A DNA stretch of 64,000 nt, from assembly GCA_051362555.1 (NCBI GenBank), contig CM120640.1, forward strand, positions 3,658,001 through 3,722,000. Reading direction: 5' to 3'. Positions within the stretch are counted from its first letter, which is position 1; every line of letters starts with the position of its first letter. Positions 51,601-64,000 of this stretch are shown one piece after another. Source of the DNA: Lingula anatina. Its lineage: Eukaryota; Animalia; Brachiopoda. Under the pieces are notes generated by a model. That model saw only the letters and a list, made by a program, of their open reading frames with translations. It made no database searches and was not told the DNA's origin. A program made the position numbers and the translations under genes.

Positions 51601-53406
51601 CATGTCCAGCAGGCATGTCCAGAAGACATATGGCTGTACTGTCCAACCCAATGTCAAACTTTGTTTACTCTTTTTTTTCTGAGTGTTCAAAGCAAAGAAC
51701 AAACAAGTGCAATCATGAGTCATTGTTGCACAATGTGATTTATGTCGAACTTTGTTCTATGAACACTTATCGTACAGTATGTGAGGTCAAGTGGTCATGA
51801 TATTTGGTTCACTTTTCAATATTAACATTTTGAAAAGTGAACCAAATATCATGACTACTTGACCTCACATACTCTGAATTTTTTAGGCAAATCAGTTACA
51901 AATTAATACAGTAGAAGATTACTTATTAGATTCACTATGGATCCCAAGTGTTTGATGAGCTTAAAATTCTAAACTGATGAATCAACACTCATTGATCATC
52001 TGGGTGACAATGACCATTTCACATTGGTAACAAATAAGAAAATAAGCCAGCAACTTGGCTATTAAAAATTCCAAAATAAGAGTAGTTCTTTATTTTTAAC
52101 AGTTATTTAATTGAAAATAAATACAGCCTGTAATTTTATTTAATTCAGGCCTTCTGGAACTGAAGACATTGTTAGAGTTTATGCCGAGGCAGAAACTCAG
52201 GTATGTATTTAAAGTTAGTCTTTGATATGTGTGCTGTGCTTAAAGAGGTATGTCTGCCAAAAAAGGTATGTCTGGCAGTGTCAGGGGGGTCCTGACACCC
52301 CCCCCCCCCCTTAGATTTCTGAAAAAAAATCACACCAATGGTCCTCTCTTGAAATTATAATTTTGACTAGCAGAATCATAGTTATAAACCATACCAAATG
52401 GCACCGTTTGCCCTCTAAAATACTATTTTTCACACCAAGAGGGGGTTGGGAAGGTAGGCTTCACATCCACGGACCCCCCTTCAAATAATCCTGGATCTGC
52501 CCCTGTCTGGTGATTTTATAGACTGAAAAGCTCCAAATTTGGAGTTAGTCTAGCAAAGTTTTATTTTAAAAGTTATTTGAATCATTTAAATGAATCTAGA
52601 ATTTATTAAAATGGGGAAGTAAAGATGAGTGGGTGGCATGAGAATGATTTAAATGTTATGCTCGACAAAAATGTAGTAAAAAAGCTGGTCCCATACTTGA
52701 AAACTATATCTCGTCAATGGTCTTGTCTCTCAACTATGTGTTTAGAGCTTCAGATAAGTTTTTATTTTGGCAACATACATATTTTGTTATCTGTATGTGC
52801 ATGTATTTAAATACTTGTAAGTAGATAACACCTTCAGGATATACTAAATAACTTGCCTTAACAAGAGTTTGTACTAGTAACAGACATTGGCTTCTTAGCA
52901 TTGAGATTACATATGCCATTGGAATTATTTTCATTTATAGTTAATGATGTTTATCTTTGTCAGTTGAAATTGTGTACACAGCCAGCATCATTGGTGTGCT
53001 AGGGAAAACACCTTGTCCCCTGACTTTGTTGTGCAGTTGAAAGATTTTAACAGACCCCCCCCCTCTCCAATCTGCCAAACATTCACACATGTACACTCAC
53101 TGGTACCAGGCTTCCCTGTACTTTGCTCTCCTACTTCTGGAGTATTTTACCACCTGGAGCTTCTTAACTACAAAGAAAATTTGTGATAACATTGACATTG
53201 ATCTTATAGTGTAAAGTTGATTAAAACCCCTCAAGTCAGCCACAAGGACTGTTTTCAGTGCTTGGCCCTAAATAAATAAGTTTGAAAATATTACGTGTAC
53301 ACTTTTTTTTTTGCAGAAAAATGCTGACATGCTTGCTCATGAAGTATCAGTGGAGGTGTATAACCTTGCTGGTGGCGTAGGAGAGAAGCCGACCCCTCCT
53401 CAGTGA
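45652..53406 (+). CDS. PGM3: Phosphoacetylglucosamine mutase (phosphoglucomutase 3 / AGM1)
   Basis: 17 exons: 45652-45755, 46273-46343, 46678-46807, 47085-47180, 47417-47490, 47747-47874, 48041-48193, 48380-48422, 48565-48645, 48889-48932, 49155-49268, 49605-49762, 49976-50039, 50393-50515, 51460-51581, 52149-52200, 53317-53406. Motifs: YGTAGFR, catalytic ITASHNP, TTPQLH, metal loop SFDGDADR, sugar-binding YFEANGHG, phosphate-binding [16 protein letters not shown]. Confidence 0.96.
50551..50709. mobile_element. Small MITE in PGM3 intron 14, followed by a HINE-like remnant (~50710-51200)
   Basis: Inverted termini GGCCCACTTCAAAAG ... CTTTTGAAGTGAGGTC. The downstream TTGACCTACATTTCAAGGTCAAGGTCA motif is typical of HINE core repeats. 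Confidence 0.5.
51776..51873. repeat. ~44-bp-stem hairpin (mini fold-back element) in PGM3 intron 15
   Basis: AGTATGTGAGGTCAAGTGGTCATGATATTTGGTTCACTTTTCAA / TTGAAAAGTGAACCAAATATCATGACTACTTTGACCTCACATACT with a ~9-nt loop. Confidence 0.8.
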
Positions 53407-55172
53407 ACTGCCTGTCTGATCTGTTACCATACAGCAGGACCAGTGTCATCAGTCATGCAGTATTCTAGTCTTATATTATATTATATTATTTTATAGAAGC
53501 TTTTGTAACAAACTAATAACAAGGGGTGCAACATGTTGGAAAAGGTGTATTAACACAAGCCAAGAGACTTACAGGTCAGAAATTGGCAGCTTTACCTCTA
53601 ATGAACAATGACAGTGTTGTTTCTTTATTCTATTTATTTATTCCTTAATTTTAGTCTTATTTGTGATATATAAGGATCTCTTTGTAATTTAGATTCATTT
53701 CACACTTGTATTACAGCTGATAATGTATACATGTTTGTCACTATTTTGCTAGCTGTAATGCTTTCATTTTGAATTTGAAAGTTCATTTACAGTAAGTTTG
53801 TTTTCCCATCCGCTTACTATGTTGTTAATCGTGGAATGAAGCAAGCTGCAGGAGAATTGCAAGTTTCTTCAGTCATTATAATTCTGCCTGACTATATACA
53901 TGTATTACATACCGTGCCCTGATTTCTACCCTCTCCATGCAGGGGGGTGGGGGAGCTGGGAGAGGGGGAAGTTCCAAAAATAAAAAGTGAAAGTACAGTT
54001 GTGATAATTTGGTATAATTAAATGAGACGAAAAATATAAAGATTTTCTTTTGAAGTTGTACACAACAATGGATTCCATAGTCAGTGTTTATTGTTTAGTC
54101 TTTTGGTAGACCCACAGTGGATATTACTGCACATTTAGCCTTCTGTTGATGCCTATCTGTCTGTTGCAGAGTGTAGAGGGCATAACACCTTGTAAATGAA
54201 ACTGTTAGCTCAGTAAAAGGGGAAGTGGTGATTGCTATCTTTTCCTGAAAGCTAAATAGTAATAGATACAGTGTAATTGGTGGCATTGAATGGCTTGCCT
54301 TCCTTATCATATGTCTAGATAATAGACAGCAGCCATACTGTAACAAGACCTGATCTCTCTTTCTGAATGATGCTGAGGTGGATGTCCAGAACAAAAGATT
54401 GTGCTATGTATCTCACACAGGTGCATCTGTCATGCAGGAATGCAAGTTCCACCATGCTTGTGCCTTTTTACTCCACATTCAAAGTAGTATACATAAGTCA
54501 GATACACCATGAGTCCCCAAAGTGCATGTGACTCACACTTCCCACTGTCACATGCACCTTGATGACTCGTGATTTCACTATGACATATTTCTCATTATAT
54601 AATAATTATTAAGTATGAAGAGTATTCATATACTTTTTTCTGTTGTGTTAAACCTTTAGGATGAGAGGTTATTTAGGCATTGGCAAGGTATCTTATCACT
54701 TTCATTTGGGTTAAATTTATAAGAAATTAAACGATCCTGAACAACAGATGTACCCATTTTGATGGTTTCTTGGATCCACATGTATTTTACGCTGCTCAGT
54801 TTCCTTTGTAATTATGAGTTAAAATGTTAATGGGGTGAACAGGAAGCAGTAATATGTATGCAACATTTAACTGCCAACCCCATCAATACTTGCTTTTAGT
54901 CTAAAAAAATCCAGTTGTTAAAGATAATTTGGTGCCATTAATTTTTTTTCTCTTTTGAGTCCCAGGCTGTCACATCAGTGCTTTTCTAGTTGTAGGATGA
55001 TGTCAGAGTCATAAAGCAGTCCATGCCCATGGTGTTCATTGTCCAGTAGTGTGTCCTGATGTCAGAAAAATTCTGCAACAGTTTGAGAAAACACAAGGAC
55101 CAGCTGTGAGACTGGTCTCCTTGTTTTAATATTTAACAATTCAGTGATATGGGATTGAAACTTTGTATTCAA

Positions 55173-55487
55173 AGGGATAATAACTCTTTGTATGAGATCT
55201 ATATTTCACAATGAAAACATTGTGAATAACTCATAGAAATATAATATATTCTGTTTTACCGCAAAAACGGCAGTTATAGCTATTATTCTGATATCTGAGC
55301 TTGTCTTTAGACCATGTGACCTCTTTTTATGGCTATACTCTTAACAAAAAACCAAACTTTTTAGAAAAAAACCAGGGACTAACTTTGAATGTAAAAATGG
55401 ATTCATTAACCATTGGTAAGTATGGAAAAATTGTTGTTTACTCTAGGAAAATTCATTTTTTGGCCGAAACGAAGAGTTATTATCCCT
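55173..55487. mobile_element. Kolobok-like non-autonomous element
   Basis: TIR AGGGATAATAACTCTT / AAGAGTTATTATCCCT, flanked by TCAA and TTAA (TTAA target with one mismatch); AGG terminus. Confidence 0.6.
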
Positions 55488-57329
55488 TTAAATTACCATA
55501 ACTTGTAATAATCATGGGAAATATTTGTCAAAATTATTACTCATGTATTGATTTAAAAAAAGGAAATCCATATTATTTAAAAAGTGATAACCTGAATAAG
55601 AATTTGTGCTCATATTTTGAATAGAAAGTAAAACAGAATGTGTACAACTTTAATGTAATAGTGTTCTTTACTTTGTACTACATGTTTTGTTATATATTCA
55701 TTGAAAGAATGCACATTAACTGAAACAATTGTACAAACTATAGTATGTATGAAACTGTGATTACCAGGGACCTTCAGTGTGTATAAAAAAATTTAAAAAA
55801 AAAAAAAAAAACGCTGTGTTATTTAGCTCCTAAATTGTTAGTGAGCCTGTGTAAAAGCTTGAAAATCATGATGATGCTTTTAGTCTTTATGTTGTTGGTG
55901 AAAAAGAATATTATAATTTAAAGAATGATAAAACTGTTTATTTTCTTCCAGTAGTACAACATTATTGAGGTTTAATATGCCAGGCAAGATTATAATACAT
56001 CAAATGTTGGTCACTTCAAGTAGCGCAATTATTTGATAAGGTTATGATAAAATTAATATAAGTATGAATGTATTGGTTGACATATTAAGTGGTAAAGTAT
56101 CACAGATAGATAGATAATATATATCTCTGAGGGTTTAAAAGTGTGATAAATATTAAGCTGTTAGAGATAATGGCAGTAAAGGCAAAAAATAAAATATTTA
56201 TAAGTAAATCATTTTCTCTCTTGTTTTGCCAAGCTAACTAAAAGGAAAAACTAAAAACACTGATTCAATAATTATGAAATACATCTCTGCCAGCACTTTT
56301 CCTTTGGCTGTATCAACAACCAATTAAGATATTGAAGTGGTGGTCAACACTTGCTCAGATATATCTATAATAGCAAATTACTGAAAATGTTAATTTTTAC
56401 TGTAAAAAGTCTGCCCATACTGGTTACACTCCAAATGTGTTGCATGTAGCATCGTTTTTGCTTATTTGTAAATATGTATCATCACTCTGTCATGGGGATT
56501 TTTATCACTAGCCTAAAATCGGTGATTGAGAAATGACCTCGCCATAAGGACATGTACATGTATATCTACCTACCCCTACCAAAGTATATTTTTCCTCTTT
56601 TATTTAAGGCAAAAATAGTTTTGCCCGTTTCTCTGAAAATCAATGTTATAGAGCCTACCCTTTTCACAGAAAATAAAAAAGTAACTACTTTATTGCTTAT
56701 AATATAATGCATTGTTATTTAAAAAAAAGAAAAACTTTAATTGCAACACTGACAGAATTTTACTGCAGAGTGGGGAAATTTCGTACATCAGTTGATTATC
56801 AAAAACTTGGCGAGTTTGAGCGCCAACTCGCGCTCACTATAAACCGACATGAACCGACTTGACTGGTACTAAAAATAGGATATTTGCTTCGTGATGTCAG
56901 GTGAGAACTTACGTCATCGTTCTTCTGACCGGTTATTTGGATGTAATAAAAATATGCAATTTAAATAGATAAAGTCGTGGATTTTTTTCTCCTTCGAAAT
57001 TCTAATAAGATGTATGATATCTCCACTGCTAAAAGTGACTTTGCACACCACGACGACATTGCTGTGCCTGGGGCTCATAACTTTACCTCTGCATTGACCT
57101 AATTTCCTTGTAAACAAACGTTTGAACCAACAGCTGTGTTATCAACACTAAATTTTTCGACGTGCAACTTACAGATCGATAGGAACGATGTTACTAAACC
57201 CATTACCTTGTACTAATGTCTTTTTACACAAATAAGTAAAAAAATATCATCTTTTTGAACTAGAATGTGAAAACAAGAGTTTTGTTGTGTTGCATTCTCG
57301 GGGTGTGGTAGCAACATATGATCAGGCAT

Positions 57330-57595
57330 GACTTTCACGTGGTCTCTTGAATTAACTTCTGATTGGCCAATTTCATATGTATTAGCATATGAAATAGCTA
57401 AACGTCAAACTTGGCCAATCAGAATTGCAGAAAGACCGCTTCATTATAATATTCAATTTTGTGTAAACAAACCATTGCGGTTCGTTCAACGTGCCGATTT
57501 GCGCGAGCCACAACAACGTCAGCCATTTTGACAGGAGGCAGGTCCCAATTTACTTCAACTAAAAAATTCCAGAAAAAGCGAAGCTTTCATCCATC
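57330..57595 (+). promoter_or_regulatory. MXI1-like proximal promoter with E-box, paired CCAAT boxes and a forkhead site
   Basis: CACGTG at 57336-57341; TGATTGGCCAAT (~57360-57371) and TTGGCCAATCAG (~57411-57422) in inverted arrangement; GTAAACA at ~57463; locally more CpGs; lies directly upstream of ATG 57596. Confidence 0.55.
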
Positions 57596-60500
57596 ATGAG
57601 CATAGCTCAGCTTCTACAGGCAGCAGAATATCTGGAGAGAAGGGAAAGAGGTGAGATACTCTAATCAGAGTTAGAAATAGTGTAATTTTTGCAAACGTTG
57701 CCACGTTGACAAGCTGTCAAAAATTCCCCCTATAGACGCTGAATAGGGTTATCAAGAAATTTTTATTTTGGAATTCCAGAGGCAGAACATGGCTATGCCA
57801 CGACGATGCCAATGCCAGATGACTATATGAAAAGGAAATCCAAACCGAAGAAATCTCAGGGAAATAGGTAAATAAGAAATGATGAGGTTACGAATATAAA
57901 CAACAATCAGCTGACAGCGCCCGCCATTTTATTTTGGCGGATTCCGGTCACGATCAACTGCCTTAGAGCATTCTCATGCATCCTGGATGGAACAAAATTT
58001 TCAAGGACATACACATTTGATATACTGAACTTTGTGTTAATGAAGTAAATAGCTTTAGTAATGGACTTTTGTTGCAGTATTTTGCAAGTGATATGCCAGG
58101 ATATGCGAAATCGATTGCCGCCATCTTGAAGTTTTATTATGGAATGCTTTTCCATTTTTGACATCTAAATTTCAGTTAATGCTGGAAGATCTATCTTAAA
58201 ATTTTAAGAAATTATTGGATTAGTCTTCTTTTGTTCACAACTAAAACATCGTGAGAATATCATCAGTTTGGGTTAATAACCACCTAATCAATATTAAAAG
58301 CCATATCGGAACTGGATTAACTGTTGTTATCGTTTTGTTATGATGTAGTGTGGATTTTTTGTGCCGCCCTAACACCATGTCACGTAAATATCTCTCTCTT
58401 TAAATTTTTGATATTGAAATAAGTCATAACTATGGGTTGATTAAGATTTGCAGTCTGTTTTTATTTCACCTAATATTTACAAGTTTAATATAATGTCACT
58501 CTTACTTCTTTTATTCTTTTATCAAATCAAATTTTGTTTCATAAATTGATTAAAATTAACTATTTTTCTTTAACCAATGAAACATAAGTATTCCACAAAA
58601 TGTGTTAGGAATTTTTACAGGTTGGAAAATAATGAGAATGTTTTTAAAAAACTCTTATAGTTTCTATCTTTATTAACTTAATTGAAGTTTGAAGACATCG
58701 TTTGAGGGATAAAATTTTATTACTCATTAACTTCTGTAACCCAAACTTATTGGTCATTTCGGTGAACTATCAAGTAAATTAGTTTTATTTAAGGTACTGC
58801 ACATAAATTTTTAATGACATGATGTGTTTCATTGAAATAATGATACCAGTTCTATTAATATTCAGGTATTTTCTATTTGTCACAGAGGCAGTGCTGGTGA
58901 CACATAAAAGCATGCTTTCAGTGTAACTGAACAGCTATAGGAAATTGACAGCTTATTGGACTGTTGCCTGAAAATAGGGTGCATATCCTAGATTAAGTAA
59001 ACAACAAATCCTTAGCTTTAAGTTGAGTCACCCAACATTGCCTCGGAGTGTTAAGTAAATAGGTAGTGTTTATATTTGTTATACATATTTTTTATACCTA
59101 TATATATGTATGCTTGTTAAGATTATTGAGATTTTACTTTCAGGTCTACGCATAATGAGCTGGAAAAGAACAGGTGAGAGAGTTTTCTAATATTGATTCT
59201 TCTAATAATATGTTATGCATTATTGATGTGACAGTTCCAGCAAGTTACAATATTTCAGAAAAAATTTTTTTTACTGCCTTAGTTAACCCTACTTAAAAAA
59301 TGGCTTTAAACCTGGATCAAGTTATGATTCAGAATGGATTATTTCATAACAAAAGTCTTTTTTTACCCCCCCTCCCCCCTCTTTGCCATTTGATTGTGTT
59401 ATTTTGAAACGTGGGATACATTTACTAAATTGTAAGTTATAGTTAGGCCATCATTGTGTATCAGTGGCGGGTTTCTGGTTCCCACATTGAAAATGGCATT
59501 ATTACGTAGGATGTGGTGGAGAAAGAGGTGATTCAAAGGTATTACAAGGACATGGGTGTTCTGCATAATGCATGTACCATGTAAGGTCAAATTGAGGTCA
59601 TAAAGACTGGGCATTTTAGTGTGCACAACATAAAAGGTACTAGAAGAAATGTACTGAGGGGTTGAATTTTTACTTGAATTTTTTTTTTCTGCCTTAATAA
59701 GAATGTTTATGTATCTTTATATATCTATTATATACAGAAATATTTAAAGAAAAAATTGAAATGCATAATTTTTAAGTAAAATGAACTTTACAGAGATAGT
59801 CTAGAAATGGTTACAATATTTTTGTGGTTGAATAGTTAAAAATTTTCAAAATGGAAACTGATCTATGTGATTGAAAAAGAGACCATATTGGTAATTACAA
59901 ACTATAACTTATTATGATTTGATGTCTTGTCCTAATTTGCTCATTGAAGAAAATTTTTTTTGAAGGCGGGCACACTTGCGTCAGAGCCTGGAATTGTTAA
60001 AAGAAATAGTCCCGGTGGGACCAGAAGCTACTAGACACACAACACTAGGACTGTTGACCAAATCCAAAGCCTTTATCAAGGTATGCTGCTTTGTTGGTGC
60101 AGAGAAGCCTTTAATAGTGTACACAACGTGAAATAAGTAAACATCTGTGTTTGTTTCATTGATTTATCTGATTGTTTACAATGGAAGAAAGTGGCACCAT
60201 TTGGAGATATGCATTAGAGACAGGTGTATAAGCAAGTTGCAAATTTTTGCTTTATTCTTGGCTCAGGCACTGGAAGAAAAGGAGAGGAAGTATAACATAC
60301 AAAAGGAAAATATGCTCAGGGAACAGCGTCACCTAAAAAGGAGACTAGAACTTTTAACTAAAGGGTCCTGGAGGACACGAAAAAATTCAGAAAGAAGTAT
60401 CAGTGAAAGTAGTACTTCAACAGTCTCCAATGTGTCAAATGCCTCAGACTCTTGTGAATCAGGTAAGCCAAATGTGCTCATCACAAAAAATTGTTTTTTA

Positions 60501-61826
60501 GTTGTGTTAATTTTTTTACCAAAACAGGTAGAGAAAATGTCAGTTTTACATTTTTAGTCACAGTGTTGTTCAATAAGGCTGTAGAAGTTCTGACAGTGTA
60601 GCTTAGTTTATTGGGACTTACCAGTACAAGATTAATAGCTTATTCTTTGGCCTTCTTTTTGTAATGAAGTTTGAGTAGTTGACTGACCTCTTTTCTATTA
60701 CTGTTGAAGTCTAAAATTAGAATTGGGTATCACATTACCGCTGTTCCTTTTGTGCTTGTGTGTTTAAGTTGACTGCAAGTAGTGCATAGTTCAGTAGTTT
60801 ATCAAAACCCTCAGGGGGGCTTTTGAGTACAATCATGAAATATGGACAAAGCAGGAGACAAATAATTCCATGTCATTGCTTATCTGACCATTTGCACCTG
60901 GAGGCTCTCCAATATTATAGAGCTGTTAGATTGACAAACCTGTCAAAGGTCAGGCCACCTGTAATTAACTGAAGTCTTGAGGTGATAATTATACTTACCT
61001 GAGGACATTTGGCCTGGTGACAATTAAAAGCATGGGTCAGGAAATGAATATTAATCTATAAAGGCTTGGAGCCAGGTGATGTGCACATCAAGTATGGAAT
61101 ACTAATAACTTTGTTTGGAGTGAAGCCCTGTTCCTTTTTATCATGGCAAATAGAAAAAATTTAAGCTTTTAGAGGGGACTGTAGCTCGAGAAATCTGTAA
61201 TCTTGGTCTCAGTCATTGAATGACCATTCACTTCCAAAATTACGGGGGGAGGGGGGGGGAATACGTGTGGAAGGGGTTGCAGTCTTTAGTGTAGTCTTAA
61301 GTACTAGTTGCAACACGAGTCATCCACTGTATGTGACAAACAAGAGCCTTATTATATCAAGGTGCAGCCCTTGCGTATTGCATACAGTGGACGACGAGTA
61401 TTTGTAACTGAGTTATCCCACGGCTGGCACTTCGAACAATAGGATGAACACACCTAAGCCTGTGAAAATACAGTTGAGTGTGCAAGTAAAATACAAGTGC
61501 AATTATCCTTTTGTTCAGAGTGCTGGGTGTAGGATAATTGTTTTTTATTCGAACTTTTGTGGTTTCAGTATGTGGAGCTGAGGTTTCCTGCAATAAGAGT
61601 ACATACCTGTTACCATGGGAGTTTTGCGCCAAAAAATATCTTATTAAGATTATGAAATGCACACTTCATTACTAGCATTGAATGTTTGTTACATTTATTC
61701 TTTTCAGATGAGGTCGACATCCTGGGCTATAATAGTTCTAATAGTGACACAGATGACCACAGCAGCATTGGGAGTGGCAGTGATGGCTGTACTGTGAACT
61801 CTAGCATCCACAACCTGGCTGTATGA
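57596..61826 (+). CDS. MXI1: MAX dimerization protein / MXI1-like (Mad/Mxd family) bHLH-ZIP transcriptional repressor
   Basis: Exons 57596-57650, 57780-57867, 59144-59173, 59966-60080, 60267-60462, 61708-61826. Contains the Sin3-interaction domain [25 protein letters not shown], basic region [19 protein letters not shown] segment [10 protein letters not shown], leucine zipper [12 protein letters not shown] and the C-terminal DEVDI motif. Probably the single invertebrate co-ortholog of MXD1/MXI1/MXD3/MXD4. Confidence 0.93.
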
Positions 61827-64000
61827 TGCTCACATACAGTGATGTACAGCGTAAACTTGGATGCATAAGAAAATGGGGAAAATGTGAAGAAAAAAAAGAA
61901 AGAAAAAAAAGTGGAAGTATTCTCATCTTGAGGTATCTCAGCATTTCATTCTAGTCCTACTATGGTCATCACAGCTTGCCAATAAGATGAAATCGGAATT
62001 CAAGATAAAAGATGATGCATTGGCTAAATGTGCAGTATCAGTCGACTCCATCCTTCAATATGTGTTGACTTGGGGCCAAAGATTTGAGTCAATCTAGTGA
62101 AATTACATCTCTCACTGCCAGGTGTTCATCGCCCATCTGATTACTGATCGCCTCTTCCAGTGTCATGCACTCTTCTGTTACCTCGCTTTATTTCCTGTGA
62201 AGGAAATCAGAAGAGTGTGTGCAGTGTGATATTGAAAAGCTGAATGCACTGTTGGATACGTAATGTCAACAAAAATGGAAGAAAGCTCCAGCCATCATGA
62301 TCTCAGAGCACTTGAACCAACTCCTGAATGCCATTAAGTGCTCAAACTCTTGCATTGCTAGGAGGCTAAGCTAAGCCATGGTAGAACCAGATGGAGGGAA
62401 TGCCATATCACAATATTATTATGTTATCATTATTACTGCTATTATCTGGTATCATTATTATACTGGTAGACCTAGTATTTGGTACTTCAACTGATAGTTA
62501 TTATTTCATGTTGAATGAATATGCTAAGTTTATTGAGATTTATGTTGAATTACATAATATTGTATGAAAGATTAAAACTTTATTATTACTACCTGTTAAT
62601 TCTTGATTATTTCAGGAAGATGAGTTACAACTTGCAAAGTCAGCTAATTGACTTGCCTTTTCATTAACGTGTTAAACCCACAAATGTATCTATTTGAATC
62701 TGTGTTATGTTGATAGGCAGCTTTTACCATGGTCCTTCAGATTGAGAGACCAAGCTTTTTCGTGGGTTGAATTCAAGCACTGAAACTCTACATGAACCAC
62801 TTTTTATTTTGTGTGAATGTTTATTTTACCTGAAAGGTGTGGAAATGTGACTGATAGGCAAAGTGTATGCCAAAAGGACTATCTGCAAAATTATGAAGGC
62901 GAGAGTTTTTCAATGTCATGTTTGGATTTACCCTGCTGTTGGGCTAGATCATCTTAACATTTTGTACAGAGAATTGTCTCCCAAGGTGTAATCAGTTTAG
63001 TCCCTGGCATGTAGATTGTGTAATAAGCTGTTGTTTCTGAATCAAATTAATCCTGCACTTCTTGTGTTAATTCACCTTAAAATGCCTATTTATATATGAA
63101 TGTATAGTTGTTTTGTTTGCATTGAGCAGGGCTACAAATAATTTATTGCATGTTGGGGTTTCATTGAATGTGAAAACCCTCTGATGATGTTGTGCATGGT
63201 TCCATTAACTTCTGAGAAGCAGGGTCATGTAAGACTATAACATCTATGCCAGCTATTCTGAACAAAGTAATTCTAAGCTTTGCTTCTAGTTATTTAAGTT
63301 ACTGGTGCTAATCATAAAATGTCCCAGCAGAACATACACCAGACATTTGCAGGGACTTGTGCTGAACTGGTTGGAACAAGTGAATGTTTTTAGTTTTACA
63401 GCATGAATGGCTTTTAGTATGTATTAGTGCAATCTTTGTCCAACTAGCTGTATTGTAGACGAGTGAAATGTAAAATTTTTAAATGATTTTGACTGAAAGA
63501 ATGGGACTCTGAAGATTTTTAGACATTTTAAAACTTACCAGGTAATGGACTGGAACCAGCCACATCTCCTCATGATATTTACAATGTCCATGCACATTGA
63601 GGAGATACTGGTACCCCAAAGTGAAATTTACCTTACATTTTTATGCTAAAGATGTGTATATAGATAACAATGTTGTTCTCATTCTCATCTTGAATAGAAT
63701 AAAGTTTTATTTCAGTATATGTTTTTTTTTCTTCCCTGGGAGATGTTTAGATCTGCACTTTTGAAAAGCAACTGCCATCAAACTTGCCATGGGCTTCTTG
63801 CTCAAAACTTTCTTGGAAAGAAACTGATTTTACAATGACCTTTGAATGACTGCAGGAGGATTTTGAATCTTGCCTAAAGGTTTTTAGTGTCTTGGATAAA
63901 ATGGCCAAATTATCTGAATACATTATGAAAAAGGAATTTTGACTGCATAATATTAAATTAAACTAACAGGATGTAATTCAAATAACACTAGATGAAATCT

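Noticed and set aside
343-61826. A functional 'hypoxia cluster' (O2-sensing cyclase + MXI1 + PGM3)
   Set aside because: Nothing in the sequence shows co-regulation; the gene neighbourhood is probably coincidental.
61824-61870. Stop-codon readthrough or selenocysteine at the MXI1-like TGA
   Set aside because: The context is TGA-TGC rather than TGA-CTAG, I recognised no SECIS element, and the protein ends at a length normal for the family.

Overview
AT-rich, intron-rich animal (invertebrate, probably lophotrochozoan/mollusc-like; not provable from sequence alone) genomic DNA. I reconstructed four spliced protein-coding genes by hand from GT-AG junctions. (1) An atypical, Gyc-88E/89D-like soluble guanylate cyclase on the minus strand (ATG 7900), running off the left edge. 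(2) A 6-exon, 148-aa minus-strand gene (45409->36487) that the ORF track shows only in fragments and that resembles the kinetochore CCAN subunit Nkp2/Cnl2, best known from fungi. (3) PGM3 (17 exons, plus strand), head-to-head with gene 2 with 242 bp between the ATGs. (4) A MAD/MXI1-family bHLH-ZIP repressor (6 exons, plus strand). The ~28 kb between the cyclase and the Nkp2-like gene has no convincing CDS but carries candidate non-coding minus-strand exons. Introns and intergenic DNA hold many non-autonomous DNA transposons: Harbinger-type MITEs, a Sola2-like element, a Kolobok-like element, a hAT-like pair with 6-bp TSDs, and a composite Helentron-type (HINE) element carrying satellite arrays and nested insertions. 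There is also an RTE-like LINE fragment. All protein-family assignments come from recalled motifs, not database searches.
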